Made by a program: the position numbers and the translations under genes. Of a DNA stretch of 64,000 nt, positions 12,510 to 22,779 are shown piece by piece. Location: positions 7,840,001 through 7,904,000 of the forward strand of contig OZ244207.1 of assembly GCA_965216875.1 (NCBI GenBank). Direction: 5' to 3'. How positions within the stretch are numbered: the first letter of the stretch is position 1; each line of letters starts with the position of its first letter. The DNA comes from Rubripirellula sp. (GTDB lineage: Bacteria > Planctomycetota > Planctomycetia > Pirellulales > Pirellulaceae). The notes under the pieces were generated by a model. That model was not told the origin of the DNA and did not search any database. It saw only the letters and a program-made list of their open reading frames with translations.

Positions 12510-13964
12510 TTATTCGAAGGCCTCGTCATAGTCGGGCATTTGGGCCTTGTTCCATTGGTCTCGAGCCCGCAGGTCGTGGAACCAGCGGGGGGCCTGGTGA
12601 TTCTGGCTCCACTGTTTGGCTGCAGCGACGAGCTGACGCACTAAGTCAGGATGCTGCTTGCTGAGATCACGGCGTTCGCCGATGTCGTCATCGAGGTTGA
12701 ACAGTTTCCAAGGGCCTTTGCTATCTCGGCAGGCTTTCCAAGGACCTTGCCGCACCCCCACTTCACTGAAGCCGTCACGGTAGCGAAGCGCAAAGATCTT
12801 GGAATCGCCTCGCGGGTCTTTGCCGGCGATAAAGTCCGACCAGATGTTGCGTCCGTCAAGTTGTTTGTCGGCTGCGATTTCGCCGCCAGCCAGTCCGGTC
12901 AGTGTTGGATAAAGGTCGAGTGCCGAGATGGGGTGATCAAACTTGACGGCTGCAGGAACATGACCTGGCCAGTGGAAAAACATCGGAACGCGACATCCGC
13001 CTTCGTACACACTTCCCTTTCCGCGAGCCAACGGAACGTTGCTGGCACCGGCTGACGTTTTGCCACCGTTGTCGCTAAAGAAAATGATCAATGTGTTTTC
13101 ATATTGCCCCGTTTCTTTGAGTGCAGCGACGACTCTTCCCACGCCGCGATCGACCGCGTGAACCATGGCGGCGTAGGTTCGGCGTTTCGTGTCTTTGATG
13201 TTGCTGTAATGTTTGAGGTCTTCCTCTTTTGCTTCCAGCGGCGTGTGCGGTGCGTTGTAGGCTAGGTAAAGAAAAAACGGTTTTTCTTGCTTTGCCGCTT
13301 TTCGAACGAAGCGATCGGCTTCGCGCGACAGACCGTCGGTCATGTATTCGGTTTCTTCAACTTGTTTGCCATTGAGTTCCAATGGCGTGACATATTCGTT
13401 GATATGAGTCTTGGCGGCTCGGCTTTGGCGTTCGTAAATCGGACCGTATCGCTCGGGAAAGTACATGTGGCCTCCGCCAAGGAAGCCGTAGTGTTCGTCG
13501 AATCCGCGCACATTGGGATGGTAGGGTTTGCCAAAACCGAGATGCCATTTGCCGACCGCGATGGTGTAGTAGCCCGCTTGCTGAAGGACTTCGCTGATCA
13601 GTTTCTCGTTCGACGGGATGCCCCGTTTGTTGTACGCGTCGATGCCAAGCCCATAGGGTGGAAGATTAAAGGCACCACCAAACGCATGAGCGTAGCGACC
13701 GGTCATTAACCCCATTCGGCTCGGGCCACAAAAGGGGTGCGACACGTAGGCTGAGGTGCAGATGGTTCCGCCGCGGGCCAGTGCGTCCAATTCCGGTGTC
13801 TGAATGTCTCGGCATCCATTGAAGCCGACATCGCCATAACCAAGGTCATCGCACAAGACCAACAGCACGTTTGGTCGTGTGGCGGGCGTCTCCGCTCGGC
13901 AGGAATTGGCTGCAACGACGGCGACCACCAGGCAGGCAACAGCGGAGGTTCGAAAAAACGGCAT
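12510..13964 (-). CDS. Sulfatase (arylsulfatase-like, S1)
   Basis: RPNVLLVLCDDLGYGD, CGPSRMGLMTGRY, GKWHLG, YNAPHTP, SDNGG; signal peptide. Confidence 0.92.
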   Translation of the reverse strand: MPFFRTSAVACLVVAVVAANSCRAETPATRPNVLLVLCDDLGYGDVGFNGCRDIQTPELDALARGGTICTSAYVSHPFCGPSRMGLMTGRYAHAFGGAFNLPPYGLGIDAYNKRGIPSNEKLISEVLQQAGYYTIAVGKWHLGFGKPYHPNVRGFDEHYGFLGGGHMYFPERYGPIYERQSRAAKTHINEYVTPLELNGKQVEETEYMTDGLSREADRFVRKAAKQEKPFFLYLAYNAPHTPLEAKEEDLKHYSNIKDTKRRTYAAMVHAVDRGVGRVVAALKETGQYENTLIIFFSDNGGKTSAGASNVPLARGKGSVYEGGCRVPMFFHWPGHVPAAVKFDHPISALDLYPTLTGLAGGEIAADKQLDGRNIWSDFIAGKDPRGDSKIFALRYRDGFSEVGVRQGPWKACRDSKGPWKLFNLDDDIGERRDLSKQHPDLVRQLVAAAKQWSQNHQAPRWFHDLRARDQWNKAQMPDYDEAFE

Positions 13965-14100
13965 AGGGCGGAGACTCGTTGGAATGGGCGTGTGGTGGTG
14001 GTTACCTGACTATTCCGCGAGAGCCGAGATTTACCACCGGATTCTGACTGCAGTCGACGCGACTCCACGAGACAGGCCCTCGCATTCTCCGGCGCATGCC

Positions 14101-15378
14101 CTAAAGCACCGGCAGCAGGTCGCCGTCACCATCAAAACGGAGTGGTGCTGGCTCGGTGAGGGGCTGGAGGTCGTCCCGCTCGCGGGCCTCGTTCCAAAAC
14201 GCTTCGCTGCAGTTCAATTCTGAAATGTGAAGCGTGTCGAGAATCCACATCCATTTCACTTCATGAATCGGCGTGCGACCAACTTGCGACATGATCGCAT
14301 GAAGGACCTCGCGATCACTGTCGAAATGGATCGGGACAGCACCGGCGGTTGCATGGCCACTTGTGACGCAGTTGATGCGAGTCGTTTCGTGGTCCATGGC
14401 GTCAACGACTCGGCGATGACAGTATTCCGATGCTCCGATCCCACAGGCGTTGCCTGCCGATTTCTTGGTTAGCGACCGAACGTAGATCTCGCGAATTTTC
14501 GGAAACTCGTCAGGCCCCGCACAACGGTCGCTCGCTTTTCGACCGACGACGTTCGTGTCCATCCCCATTCCCGAGATCTCTTTTCCAATCTGGTCGACGA
14601 CAAGCAAGTCCGCTCGTTCGAAGGGCAATCGTGGCATGCGTTGACGAGCCAAAGCGAGAAGCTGCGGTTCATCGCTCAGAAAACGCTCTGGCTCAATCGC
14701 CCGGATCAATGACGTTTGGTCGAAGGCATCTTCGACAATGGCGATGCCCAGCGAGATTGGCATCTTGTCGACGATCTGGGGGATGACTTTCGGCAGCAAG
14801 TTGTCGAGGCTATAGGCGTAGTCAGCAAACGTTTGGTGGTAGAGCTTTGCCCCGAGATGTTTGCCTAGCCCGATCATCAACATTTTTGACAGACCGCTTT
14901 CAATGGAACCAATCAATCGAGTGTGCGGCTTGACTCGATTGACGACGATCACATGGTCGGCTCGGCTTGATGCTTCGTCGAAATGGATCTTGAGTCCATC
15001 CTCGGTCCGTCCAACTTCGACGGTTTCCATTGAGGAGACGATCGGGCATCCCATCGATTCTGCATCGATCCCGAACGAAGCCAGCATTGCCGCTTGACCA
15101 GGCCCCGTTGCACCGCCATGACTCCCCATCGCCGGAACGATAAAGGGCTCGCCACCCATCTGCCGAACGGTCGAAACAATCGACCTGATGATTTCGGCAA
15201 TGTTGGAGATGCCACGACTGCCGGCGGTAATGGCAACGGATTGGCCAGCAGTCAGCTTTTGCGGAAGCGATGAACTGGCGATCGACTCTCGAACGGATGT
15301 TTCGATGTCATCAATCGCGTGCGCAGCGAAGTTCTGACGCACTCGGAAAAACTTTGGAAGCTCACCTGCAGTCGTCAC
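14101..15378 (-). CDS. LarA-like / DUF2088 lactate-racemase-domain protein
   Basis: GSRGISNI, PAMGSHGGAT, NRVKPHT, ESGLSKMLMIGLGK and GKEISGxGMDTNVVGR. Confidence 0.75.
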   Translation of the reverse strand: MTTAGELPKFFRVRQNFAAHAIDDIETSVRESIASSSLPQKLTAGQSVAITAGSRGISNIAEIIRSIVSTVRQMGGEPFIVPAMGSHGGATGPGQAAMLASFGIDAESMGCPIVSSMETVEVGRTEDGLKIHFDEASSRADHVIVVNRVKPHTRLIGSIESGLSKMLMIGLGKHLGAKLYHQTFADYAYSLDNLLPKVIPQIVDKMPISLGIAIVEDAFDQTSLIRAIEPERFLSDEPQLLALARQRMPRLPFERADLLVVDQIGKEISGMGMDTNVVGRKASDRCAGPDEFPKIREIYVRSLTKKSAGNACGIGASEYCHRRVVDAMDHETTRINCVTSGHATAGAVPIHFDSDREVLHAIMSQVGRTPIHEVKWMWILDTLHISELNCSEAFWNEARERDDLQPLTEPAPLRFDGDGDLLPVL

Positions 15379-15379
15379 G

Positions 15380-17206
15380 CTAACGCAGCTCCAGCGGGTT
15401 GATTTGAAGTTGTGGACGCAGTTGCTTCAATCTCGCGACTCCGTTGTTGGAGACCTGAGTGCGTTGGAGATCAACGGCACTCAGTTTTCGCATGCGAGCG
15501 ATTGTGTCGATCGATTCGTCGGTCACTTGGCTTCCGGTCATCCAAAGCACTTCCACATTAGGATGTTTGGCAATCGCTGCGATGGCCGAGTCGCCAACTC
15601 GGGTGAAGCTCAAGTCAATCTCTTGCAAGTTGCTTGCCTTGGAAAGCCACGCGTCTAAGCCGGCATCGATTCCCGTTTGCTCGAGTGACAATTGCGTGAC
15701 GCTGGCGGGGTTAGGTGCGAGCCGCGCGACCGTTTGGTTCCCGGCGGCGCCGATGCGTGAGAGGTCAAGCCAATCCAGCGATGCCGAGGGTGTGATGTTT
15801 GAAAGCCCTTTGCCGGTGATCAGGCAATCGACCAAACAAAGGCGTTTGAGTTCAGCGCGATTGGGGTTGGTCGACACGTGGGGGTCGGTGATCTTGAGGA
15901 AGTCAACAAGTTCTCGTTCCGGCGATTGTGGGAGCCGACCCGAGGGCAGGTCCGTTTTGATGCGATAGGTGTCGGCGAGTTGTTTGTAGATCCATTGCCT
16001 TGCGCGGTGGTCACCACCATCGAGCAGGTGATGCGTTTGGGCGATCGCATGCGCATAAAAACGCGCGATGTCTTGGCGTCTTTGAACGGCTTGTCGGCCG
16101 TCGTTGGTGAGCTCTGGCATCGGCATCATGTCGCGTCCCGCGAGGACTCGATAGCGTGCATACTGCAACCTTGATGAATCCCAGCCACCGACGGTAGCCA
16201 TGGTGGGACCGATGTCGAGCGATTCGAAGTAGCCCGCAATCCCTTCGACCAGCCAGAAGCCGCTTTGTTCGGCTGGCATACCGTTACCGAGTTGGCTGCG
16301 CGTTGCTTCGCGAAAAAGTTGATGGACCACTTCGTGTCGCCGAGTGGCTGCATCGTCGTTTTCACTCGCGTAAAGAAAGATCGTCTGATTGTCGTCGCTG
16401 TAAAAACCGGTTGATCGTTCGACACCAGGGACGACGGGTGAAAGCTTGTTTTTGTATTCGGCCGCGTTGCGGAACAAGACGACACGCATTTTTCGGCGAA
16501 TCGAAATGCGCGCCGTCTTCTTGGTTTGCAGAAACGCGTCAAGACTTTGTGTGGGCGGCACGGACGAAAGCGTCCCGGAGACCTGAGCACTTCCTTCCCA
16601 AAGCGGAAAGAACATTTGCGTCCAAATCCAATAGCAGCGTTCGAGGTCTTCGGTAACACGCCTGCTCTCTGCCGCCGGTGCTCGCGTGTAGATCGAAAAA
16701 TGCGGGCTGTCGATTTGTTGGTACGTTCCCGCTCGCCAGCCAAGCCAAGAGGGGGCCGACCTGCCACGGCGAGTGTTCAATCGCGCGGTCGTGCTTTGTG
16801 GTAGCCCCAGGTAGCGCCGGATGGCGACACTGTCGGGGTTGGCGGAAAACTCGCGCCACAATCGAATGTAGGATTTCCAACCGGCCGAGGCCTCGTCACC
16901 GAATCGAACGTCCGCGAACTCGCGTTGAGCCTTCGCAACTTTGGTTTCACCGTCGTCGTTTGCCTTGGTTTTCGGATCGGCGGTAGATGGGGGCACCACA
17001 AAACTGGTTCGGTCGACCCTGGCAACTCCGTCAACGCGTGCAGATTGAGCTTGGCAGTCGGCCGAATCGCCCAGCGAGCCTCCGACCAGTGAAGCTCCAA
17101 CCATCGAGACAAAGCTGACGAGCAAAAGCCAAGCGGCTCTGCCCGGTCGTCGATCGGCACGAAAAAATGTTTGCGTCATGCAGGCACAGCCCGAAGTGAT
17201 TCCCAT
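15380..17206 (-). CDS. Secreted DUF1570-like (HExxH) protein with C-terminal leucine-rich repeats
   Basis: Signal/TM segment, HEVVHQL and WLVEGIAGYFE, and C-terminal LRRs (LQEIDLSFTRVGD, VEVLWMTGSQVTD, LSAVDLQRTQVSN). Alternative start 17179. Confidence 0.7.
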   Translation of the reverse strand: MGITSGCACMTQTFFRADRRPGRAAWLLLVSFVSMVGASLVGGSLGDSADCQAQSARVDGVARVDRTSFVVPPSTADPKTKANDDGETKVAKAQREFADVRFGDEASAGWKSYIRLWREFSANPDSVAIRRYLGLPQSTTARLNTRRGRSAPSWLGWRAGTYQQIDSPHFSIYTRAPAAESRRVTEDLERCYWIWTQMFFPLWEGSAQVSGTLSSVPPTQSLDAFLQTKKTARISIRRKMRVVLFRNAAEYKNKLSPVVPGVERSTGFYSDDNQTIFLYASENDDAATRRHEVVHQLFREATRSQLGNGMPAEQSGFWLVEGIAGYFESLDIGPTMATVGGWDSSRLQYARYRVLAGRDMMPMPELTNDGRQAVQRRQDIARFYAHAIAQTHHLLDGGDHRARQWIYKQLADTYRIKTDLPSGRLPQSPERELVDFLKITDPHVSTNPNRAELKRLCLVDCLITGKGLSNITPSASLDWLDLSRIGAAGNQTVARLAPNPASVTQLSLEQTGIDAGLDAWLSKASNLQEIDLSFTRVGDSAIAAIAKHPNVEVLWMTGSQVTDESIDTIARMRKLSAVDLQRTQVSNNGVARLKQLRPQLQINPLELR

Positions 17207-17284
17207 GATGGCGTGGAGGCGACTATCCTATTGCAACAGAAAAGCCATCCACCACAGCGTACCCTAATGTTCCACGGATAATCG

Positions 17285-18859
17285 ATGAGAACCAGTATTC
17301 CCAAACTCAAACGTACTTCACAGGTGATTGGTCGGTTGTCGGTGCTAGCGCTCGGCCTCTTCATTTTGACAGGAATTGTCGAAATTGAACCGGTCAATGG
17401 TGCAGAACGGAACGTTTTGTTCATCATCACCGACGACGAAAGCCCCACATTGGGGTGCTATGGTGACCCGATCGCTTCGACACCTGCGATCGATGCGATT
17501 GCGAAGGACGGCATGGTCTTCCGCAATGCCTTTGCGACGACCGCGTCCTGCAGTGCCAGTCGCAGTGTGGTGATGAGTGGATTGCACAATCACCGCAATG
17601 GCCAATTTGGGCACCAGCACCACTATCACAAGTTTGCGTCCTTCCATGATGTGGTTTCACTAGCGCTACCGCGCGTGATGCAGCGTGCCGGATACCGAAC
17701 GGGCCATATCGGCAAGTACCACGTTGCCCCCGAGACGGTTTATCACTACGAAACGTACATGCGAGGCAACGCTCGCAATGCCGTTGCGATGGCCGAAACG
17801 GTCAAAGGATTTCTGACTGACAAGTCGGACGATCGCCCTTTCTTTTTGTACTTCGCGACTTCCGACCCGCATCGCGGCGGTGGCAAAGACAAGACATCCA
17901 AGTTGGAACTCAAGGCGGACCTTTTTGGGAACAAACCAAACAAGGGTTCGCACGATGGCGTCAAAGAGGTCTTCTACGATCCGGCCGATGTCGTAGTGCC
18001 ACCGTTTCTGCCCGACACGCCCGAGACGCGCGAGGAGCTTGCTCAGTACTACCAATCTTGTTCGCGAATCGATGCCGGCGTGGCTCGCCTGGTCGAGATC
18101 TTGAAGGAGGCCGATCTTTACGACAAGACGATGATTGTCTTTACCAGCGATCACGGCATGGCTTTCGCCGGCGGCAAGACGACGGTTTACGAAGGCGGCT
18201 TGCGAGTTCCAATGGTGGTGCGTGACCCCTATCAAAAGGATCGTGGTGTTCAAAGTGAAGCGATGGTCAGTCACATCGATATCACGCCCACCCTGCTCGA
18301 TTTTGCCGGTGGTCTCGATTCCAAGACGAACGCGCCCAAGAACATGCTTAACCCCAACAAGTTTTGGAAGGAACGTGGTGAGGCGCTCAAGGAAAACCGA
18401 GACGGGAACATGAAGTTCACCTCGTACCATGGAAAGTCGTGGATGCATTGCTTAGCCAATCCCAGCGACGATCATCATGAAACGATCTTTGCTTCACACA
18501 CGTTCCACGAAATCCAGATGTATTATCCGATGCGCGTCGTCCGCGACTCGAAATACAAGTTGATCTGGAATATTGCTCATCCCCTTCCCTACCCCTTTGC
18601 GTCGGACCTCTGGGCGGCAAGTAGTTGGCAAGCGCAATGGGCGAAAGGTAACGACGCACCGTACGGCAACATGACGGTTGGGCAATACGTGCAACGCCCT
18701 CAGTTTGAACTGTTCGATATTGCCGCGGATCCCTACGAAACGACCAACCTTGCCGACAGTGATGGCCACAAAGACGTGCTTGAAAAGTACAAGGCCAAAC
18801 TCAAAGCGATGCAGAAATCGATGGACGATCCGTGGATCATGAAATGGGATTATGAGTAA
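17285..18859 (+). CDS. Sulfatase, N-sulfoglucosamine sulfohydrolase (sulfamidase)-like
   Basis: NVLFIITDD, SCSASRSVVMSG (CxAxR), GKYHV, DPHR, SDHG, SHTFHEIQMYYPMR. Confidence 0.88.
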   Translation: MRTSIPKLKRTSQVIGRLSVLALGLFILTGIVEIEPVNGAERNVLFIITDDESPTLGCYGDPIASTPAIDAIAKDGMVFRNAFATTASCSASRSVVMSGLHNHRNGQFGHQHHYHKFASFHDVVSLALPRVMQRAGYRTGHIGKYHVAPETVYHYETYMRGNARNAVAMAETVKGFLTDKSDDRPFFLYFATSDPHRGGGKDKTSKLELKADLFGNKPNKGSHDGVKEVFYDPADVVVPPFLPDTPETREELAQYYQSCSRIDAGVARLVEILKEADLYDKTMIVFTSDHGMAFAGGKTTVYEGGLRVPMVVRDPYQKDRGVQSEAMVSHIDITPTLLDFAGGLDSKTNAPKNMLNPNKFWKERGEALKENRDGNMKFTSYHGKSWMHCLANPSDDHHETIFASHTFHEIQMYYPMRVVRDSKYKLIWNIAHPLPYPFASDLWAASSWQAQWAKGNDAPYGNMTVGQYVQRPQFELFDIAADPYETTNLADSDGHKDVLEKYKAKLKAMQKSMDDPWIMKWDYE

Positions 18860-19021
18860 GCCGGATCGAAAAGCGACGGCGACACAGATCCGACTTGATC
18901 TTTGGGATGCTACGCGGCAAGGTTGATTTAACGAACCCGGCCGCGTGAAGAAAGAAGGGGAACACTAATCGCCTCTGATCGACACTAATCAAAGCCGAGT
19001 GCAGTAAATGAGGCCACAGGT

Positions 19022-19129
19022 CCGGTGGCTAACGCCACCGGCAAGTATCTATCGCCCTCTGGGCTACAGTTTCAAAACACTTCTTAGCCCGGAGGGCTGC
19101 AAATCACAGCCGGCGGCGTTAGCCGACGG
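19022..19129. repeat. Inverted-repeat REPIN-like element (family D)
   Basis: Arm 1, CCGGTGGCTAACGCCACCGG...CGCCCTCTGGGCTA (19022-19066), is an imperfect reverse complement of arm 2, TAGCCCGGAGGGC...GCCGGCGGCGTTAGCCGACGG (19085-19129). It lies between convergent genes. Confidence 0.75.
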
Positions 19130-19167
19130 TATGCTACTCAGTGTCGTCTGTGGCTTTGCAAATCTTG

Positions 19168-19213
19168 CCCTCTCCGGGCTTTAGCGCCCGACCCTCCCGC
19201 AAGCGGGAGGGTG
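19168..19213. repeat. Palindromic intergenic element (family E); may act as a terminator
   Basis: Perfect hairpin ACCCTCCCGC-AA-GCGGGAGGGT at 19191-19212, preceded by CCCTCTCCGGGC...GCCCG. Confidence 0.6.
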
Positions 19214-19240
19214 CAGATCGCGGAGTTTTGCGTTTGCTGA

Positions 19241-19720
19241 TCACTGACGGCGCACTAAGAGCGTTCCCACTCCGGAAAACAAAACGCCGATCGCAATCAT
19301 GATCAGCGTGGATAGCCAGCGAAACTCGAGGTCGATGTAGGCCTTGGGAGGATCGCCCGCGTTGACATAGCACAGTACCGTCGATCGGCTCGACTTTGTT
19401 TGACGTAATCGAGCAGCCAGTTTTTTCTTGTGGCTGGCGAAGCACTCGATCGCGTCAAACGGCGAAACTTGACTCCCGGTGACGGTTTCGCCTTCCCAAT
19501 CGTATTGGTAGACCACATTGAGAGTGGTTGAGGTTGATCGACCGCGGGCGCCCGTCCCGGCTGTCGTGACCACTTCGGCCGAGATCACACTTGCGTCGGT
19601 CGTTGACCAGGAGCGGGCACGGTTCCAATTCCAAACCGCCAGTGCGGCCATGCCGATCGGCACAAGTCCGGCAACGACGAACAGCCATCCGAAGGCCGCG
19701 TTCTTTGGTCTTTGAGCCAT
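19241..19720 (-). CDS. DUF3592 domain membrane protein
   Basis: N-terminal TM, ARSWSTTDASV...VVYQYDWEG..TG, VLCYVNAGDPPKAYI and a C-terminal TM. Confidence 0.8.
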   Translation of the reverse strand: MAQRPKNAAFGWLFVVAGLVPIGMAALAVWNWNRARSWSTTDASVISAEVVTTAGTGARGRSTSTTLNVVYQYDWEGETVTGSQVSPFDAIECFASHKKKLAARLRQTKSSRSTVLCYVNAGDPPKAYIDLEFRWLSTLIMIAIGVLFSGVGTLLVRRQ

Positions 19721-19725
19721 CGCAA

Positions 19726-20199
19726 TTACGAATCCGATTCTTCAGACAGCATCAGTTGAAGTTCGGTCCGGTACTTCTTTGGATTCCCTTTGAAAATCAT
19801 CCCGGGGCCCTTCAGGTAGACTTCACGAGTCGGACGCTGGAAAGCGATTCCGTTTTCCTCGGCGTACGAGAGGATTTTTGCGTAACTTTCGCTGAGCGTT
19901 TCGTAGGGGCCGTGGTGAATCAGCGCAAGGCATGAGCCACCTGGTAGCTCGCGTACTGAGATTTCATCGGACGATTCGCCTCGACGCACCGGCATGCACA
20001 CTTCGAAATCGGCGTCGTCAGCCCGGTATTCATCGTCGTAGCAGAGCATCATGGCTTTGCCGCAGATGTGCCGCCCCACCTTGCGGCCAAGCTTTTTGAA
20101 TCCATCACCGCAATCGGTGTATTTACCTCGCATCCGAATGCCCGCAATCAAGACAGGGGCGACAAGCTTGCGCTGAATGGTCGGGGATTCGTTGCTCAT
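19726..20199 (-). CDS. GyrI-like small-molecule-binding domain protein
   Basis: DFEVCMPV...ELPGG.CLALIHHGPYETLSESY...REVYLKGPG...YRTELQ. ATG 20199 avoids overlap with the upstream gene. Confidence 0.85.
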   Translation of the reverse strand: MSNESPTIQRKLVAPVLIAGIRMRGKYTDCGDGFKKLGRKVGRHICGKAMMLCYDDEYRADDADFEVCMPVRRGESSDEISVRELPGGSCLALIHHGPYETLSESYAKILSYAEENGIAFQRPTREVYLKGPGMIFKGNPKKYRTELQLMLSEESDS

Positions 20200-20221
20200 G
20201 TGTGGCGTGTGAGGTTTGGGG

Positions 20222-21550
20222 TCATGTTCGGGTGTCGATAAGTTCGCTCGTGACCCAGCGATGTTTGCCGGCAAGGTTCCCAGCGATTCGATCGGACGTG
20301 GTGACCTCGACAGGGTAGCCATCAAGCATCGTGGTTAGCTTTTGACCAATCGATTCTAGCGGCAAGACGCTCGAGCTTGGCCCTTCACTGGCGGGTGATT
20401 CTACCTCAAGCGTCACCCTCAGCCTTCCCGTTGCATCTTGATTGGCACAAAATCTCCGAATGGGATTATGGTGTTCCAGGACATGTTTGACTGCGAGAGA
20501 ATGGACCAGTCGGCCGTCTCGGGCAACCAGAAAGTCGTTGCAACGCCCACCGATTTCGGCCAGCGTCGAAAAACCGTCATCGCCCTTGGCGAGCGGGGCT
20601 GAGGTGACATCGCCAATTCGATAGCGAAGTAGCGGGAAACTCGGGTTGTTGAGCACGGTGATCACAAGTTCGTATCGACCGTCATCTTGTTTGATCGTTT
20701 CGACAAAGACGTTGTCTTCACGAACTCGTAAATGGCCTTCGAGGTCCGAGGTTGCGATGACCCCACATTCGACCGAGCCGTATTCGATGGCAACCTTGCA
20801 GCCGAAAGCCTCTTTGACCGCCTGCTGACTTGCATGGTCGGCTGGTTCGGCAGTTAGGATCGCCAGTTTCAGTGAAGGTAGCGTCACCGCTTGCTCCGTC
20901 GCACGCGCCGCAAGCAAGGCGACTGCGCTGCTGTAGCCATAGAGGCTGTGCGGGCAAAAACGCGATAGCCGTTTCAGGTGTTCATCCAAGTCGTTTGTGC
21001 CCAATCGATAGGCACTCAAACGAAGGCGGTTTCGCAAACGGTCTTCGATCGGACGCCGCACTCTTTGTTTGATACCCGCGAGTCCAGGTGCGACCGATCC
21101 CGAATGTCCCCACAGAAAGGCTGAGCGATCGAAGATATCGATGTCCCACTGTTGAAGCATCCGGTACTTGGTGCGGAGCGTTTCGCGGTGGGCGGACGAT
21201 TCCCAAAAGACTCGCATCGGTGTGCCCGTCGATCCGCCGGTGCGGTGCCAGCAACCATCGTCGGTGCGTTTGGCCAGGATGGATTCACATTGCTGGCGAA
21301 CAACCGATTTTTCAAGCAGTGGCATGGTGCTGCAGTACTGCTCGAGCGATTCGAATTGTTCGGGTACTTCGTGTCGGGATGCCGTCTGTTCGTAATAGCT
21401 GGAATGGGATCGAGCGTGTTGCCAGACTTCGTTCAGTCGCCGAAGTTGCCAAGCATCGATTTCGGCTCGCGACCAGTTCTCGCGTTCACGTAGTTGGCTG
21501 AGCGCAGCGCGTGCTTGCCGAAACCGGGGTAAGTGTTTCAAGACCGACAT
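20222..21550 (-). CDS. Phenylacetate-CoA ligase-like adenylate-forming protein (CapK-like)
   Basis: RTGGSTGTP, YGYSS, EYGSVECG, PLLRYRIGD, GRCND and AGKHRW; lies inside a polysaccharide operon. Confidence 0.85.
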   Translation of the reverse strand: MSVLKHLPRFRQARAALSQLRERENWSRAEIDAWQLRRLNEVWQHARSHSSYYEQTASRHEVPEQFESLEQYCSTMPLLEKSVVRQQCESILAKRTDDGCWHRTGGSTGTPMRVFWESSAHRETLRTKYRMLQQWDIDIFDRSAFLWGHSGSVAPGLAGIKQRVRRPIEDRLRNRLRLSAYRLGTNDLDEHLKRLSRFCPHSLYGYSSAVALLAARATEQAVTLPSLKLAILTAEPADHASQQAVKEAFGCKVAIEYGSVECGVIATSDLEGHLRVREDNVFVETIKQDDGRYELVITVLNNPSFPLLRYRIGDVTSAPLAKGDDGFSTLAEIGGRCNDFLVARDGRLVHSLAVKHVLEHHNPIRRFCANQDATGRLRVTLEVESPASEGPSSSVLPLESIGQKLTTMLDGYPVEVTTSDRIAGNLAGKHRWVTSELIDTRT

Positions 21551-22779
21551 CAGGCAGCTCCGTCGGCACGATGGCTTTGCAAAACGTCGTTCGAATCGTC
21601 AACTCCACGCCGCTGCATCGCGAACTCGTAGATCTCGATCAGGCGTTGGTAGTTGTGGTCGATCGTGTACTTTGATTTGTAAGACGTGCGTGCGGCGTTG
21701 CGCATGTCGCTGTAACGTTTTTCGGACGCATTGCAAACGCGCTGGATGGCATGGGCGAGTTGTTCCGAATCACCGGGTTCGAACAACACACCATTGACGC
21801 CGTCTTGAACCAGTTCCGACATCGCTCCGAGTCGGCTTGCAATCACAGGAGTGCCGCGTGAGAACGATTCGGCAATCGTTCGTCCAAAGGTTTCAAACCA
21901 CTGTGACGGCATGATCAGACATCTCGCGTCGCCAAGGTGTTCGAGCACTTCGTCGTGTGGCAGTTCGCCCAAGTAGGTCACAGCAGAGTGCTGTTGAGCA
22001 AACTGTTTGACGGCCTGTTGTAGCGGTCCACCACCGATGATTTTTAGCGGCGCCTTGAGGCCATGTTGACGCCAAGCGTCACAGAGTGTGTCGATCCCTT
22101 TTTCTTTCGAAAGACGCCCCACGTAGATCATCGAACCCGAGCCACCCATGCCGATGCCCGGGTCGGGGTCGATGAAATTGCGTTTTACAAATAGGGACTC
22201 GGGATCGTAACCACCGCGCGTATAGATCTCGCGTGCAAATTCGCTGGGTGTGAAATAGGCATCGACAAGCGGCTTGACCCGGTTGAGTGTCCGGTTGACC
22301 AATTGCATCGATGTGACAACCGCACTCGCCGCGCTGCTGTCGCGATAGCAGCCATGGCGAACCGAAGCAAAGGCGGCTGGCTTGCCCAAGCATTGGGTGC
22401 AGACTTGATCGTCACGATAAAAAAATGAGTTGGCGCAAAACGGGCGGTAGTTTCTCAGTGCCTGGACGATCGGAATGCCGCGTTTTGCAGCAGCGGAATA
22501 GACCGAATGCGAAATCTGAGGAAACAAGTTGTTGCAATGCAAAATGTCGATTTGGTGATCGTCCATTAGCTTTGCGACATCTTGTTTTGCCGATCTGCTA
22601 TAGAACGTACGCCCAACAGCGTGAATGCGACCGTTCAGTCCGTCCTTGATGTCGTTGTTGCTGCGAACATAGGTCACGACTTTGTGGCCGCGTTGTCGCA
22701 GCATCGCAACTTCCGACTCAAACGATTGATCCTCACCACCGCGGTAGCGGTAGTAATTGTGGCACAGCAGGATTCTCAT
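21550..22779 (-). CDS. Glycosyltransferase family 4
   Basis: MRILLCHNYYRYRGGED, HCNNLFP, YVGRLSKEKG, PSQWFETFGRTIAES. ATG 22779 overlaps the upstream TGA (ATGA). Confidence 0.92.
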   Translation of the reverse strand: MRILLCHNYYRYRGGEDQSFESEVAMLRQRGHKVVTYVRSNNDIKDGLNGRIHAVGRTFYSRSAKQDVAKLMDDHQIDILHCNNLFPQISHSVYSAAAKRGIPIVQALRNYRPFCANSFFYRDDQVCTQCLGKPAAFASVRHGCYRDSSAASAVVTSMQLVNRTLNRVKPLVDAYFTPSEFAREIYTRGGYDPESLFVKRNFIDPDPGIGMGGSGSMIYVGRLSKEKGIDTLCDAWRQHGLKAPLKIIGGGPLQQAVKQFAQQHSAVTYLGELPHDEVLEHLGDARCLIMPSQWFETFGRTIAESFSRGTPVIASRLGAMSELVQDGVNGVLFEPGDSEQLAHAIQRVCNASEKRYSDMRNAARTSYKSKYTIDHNYQRLIEIYEFAMQRRGVDDSNDVLQSHRADGAA

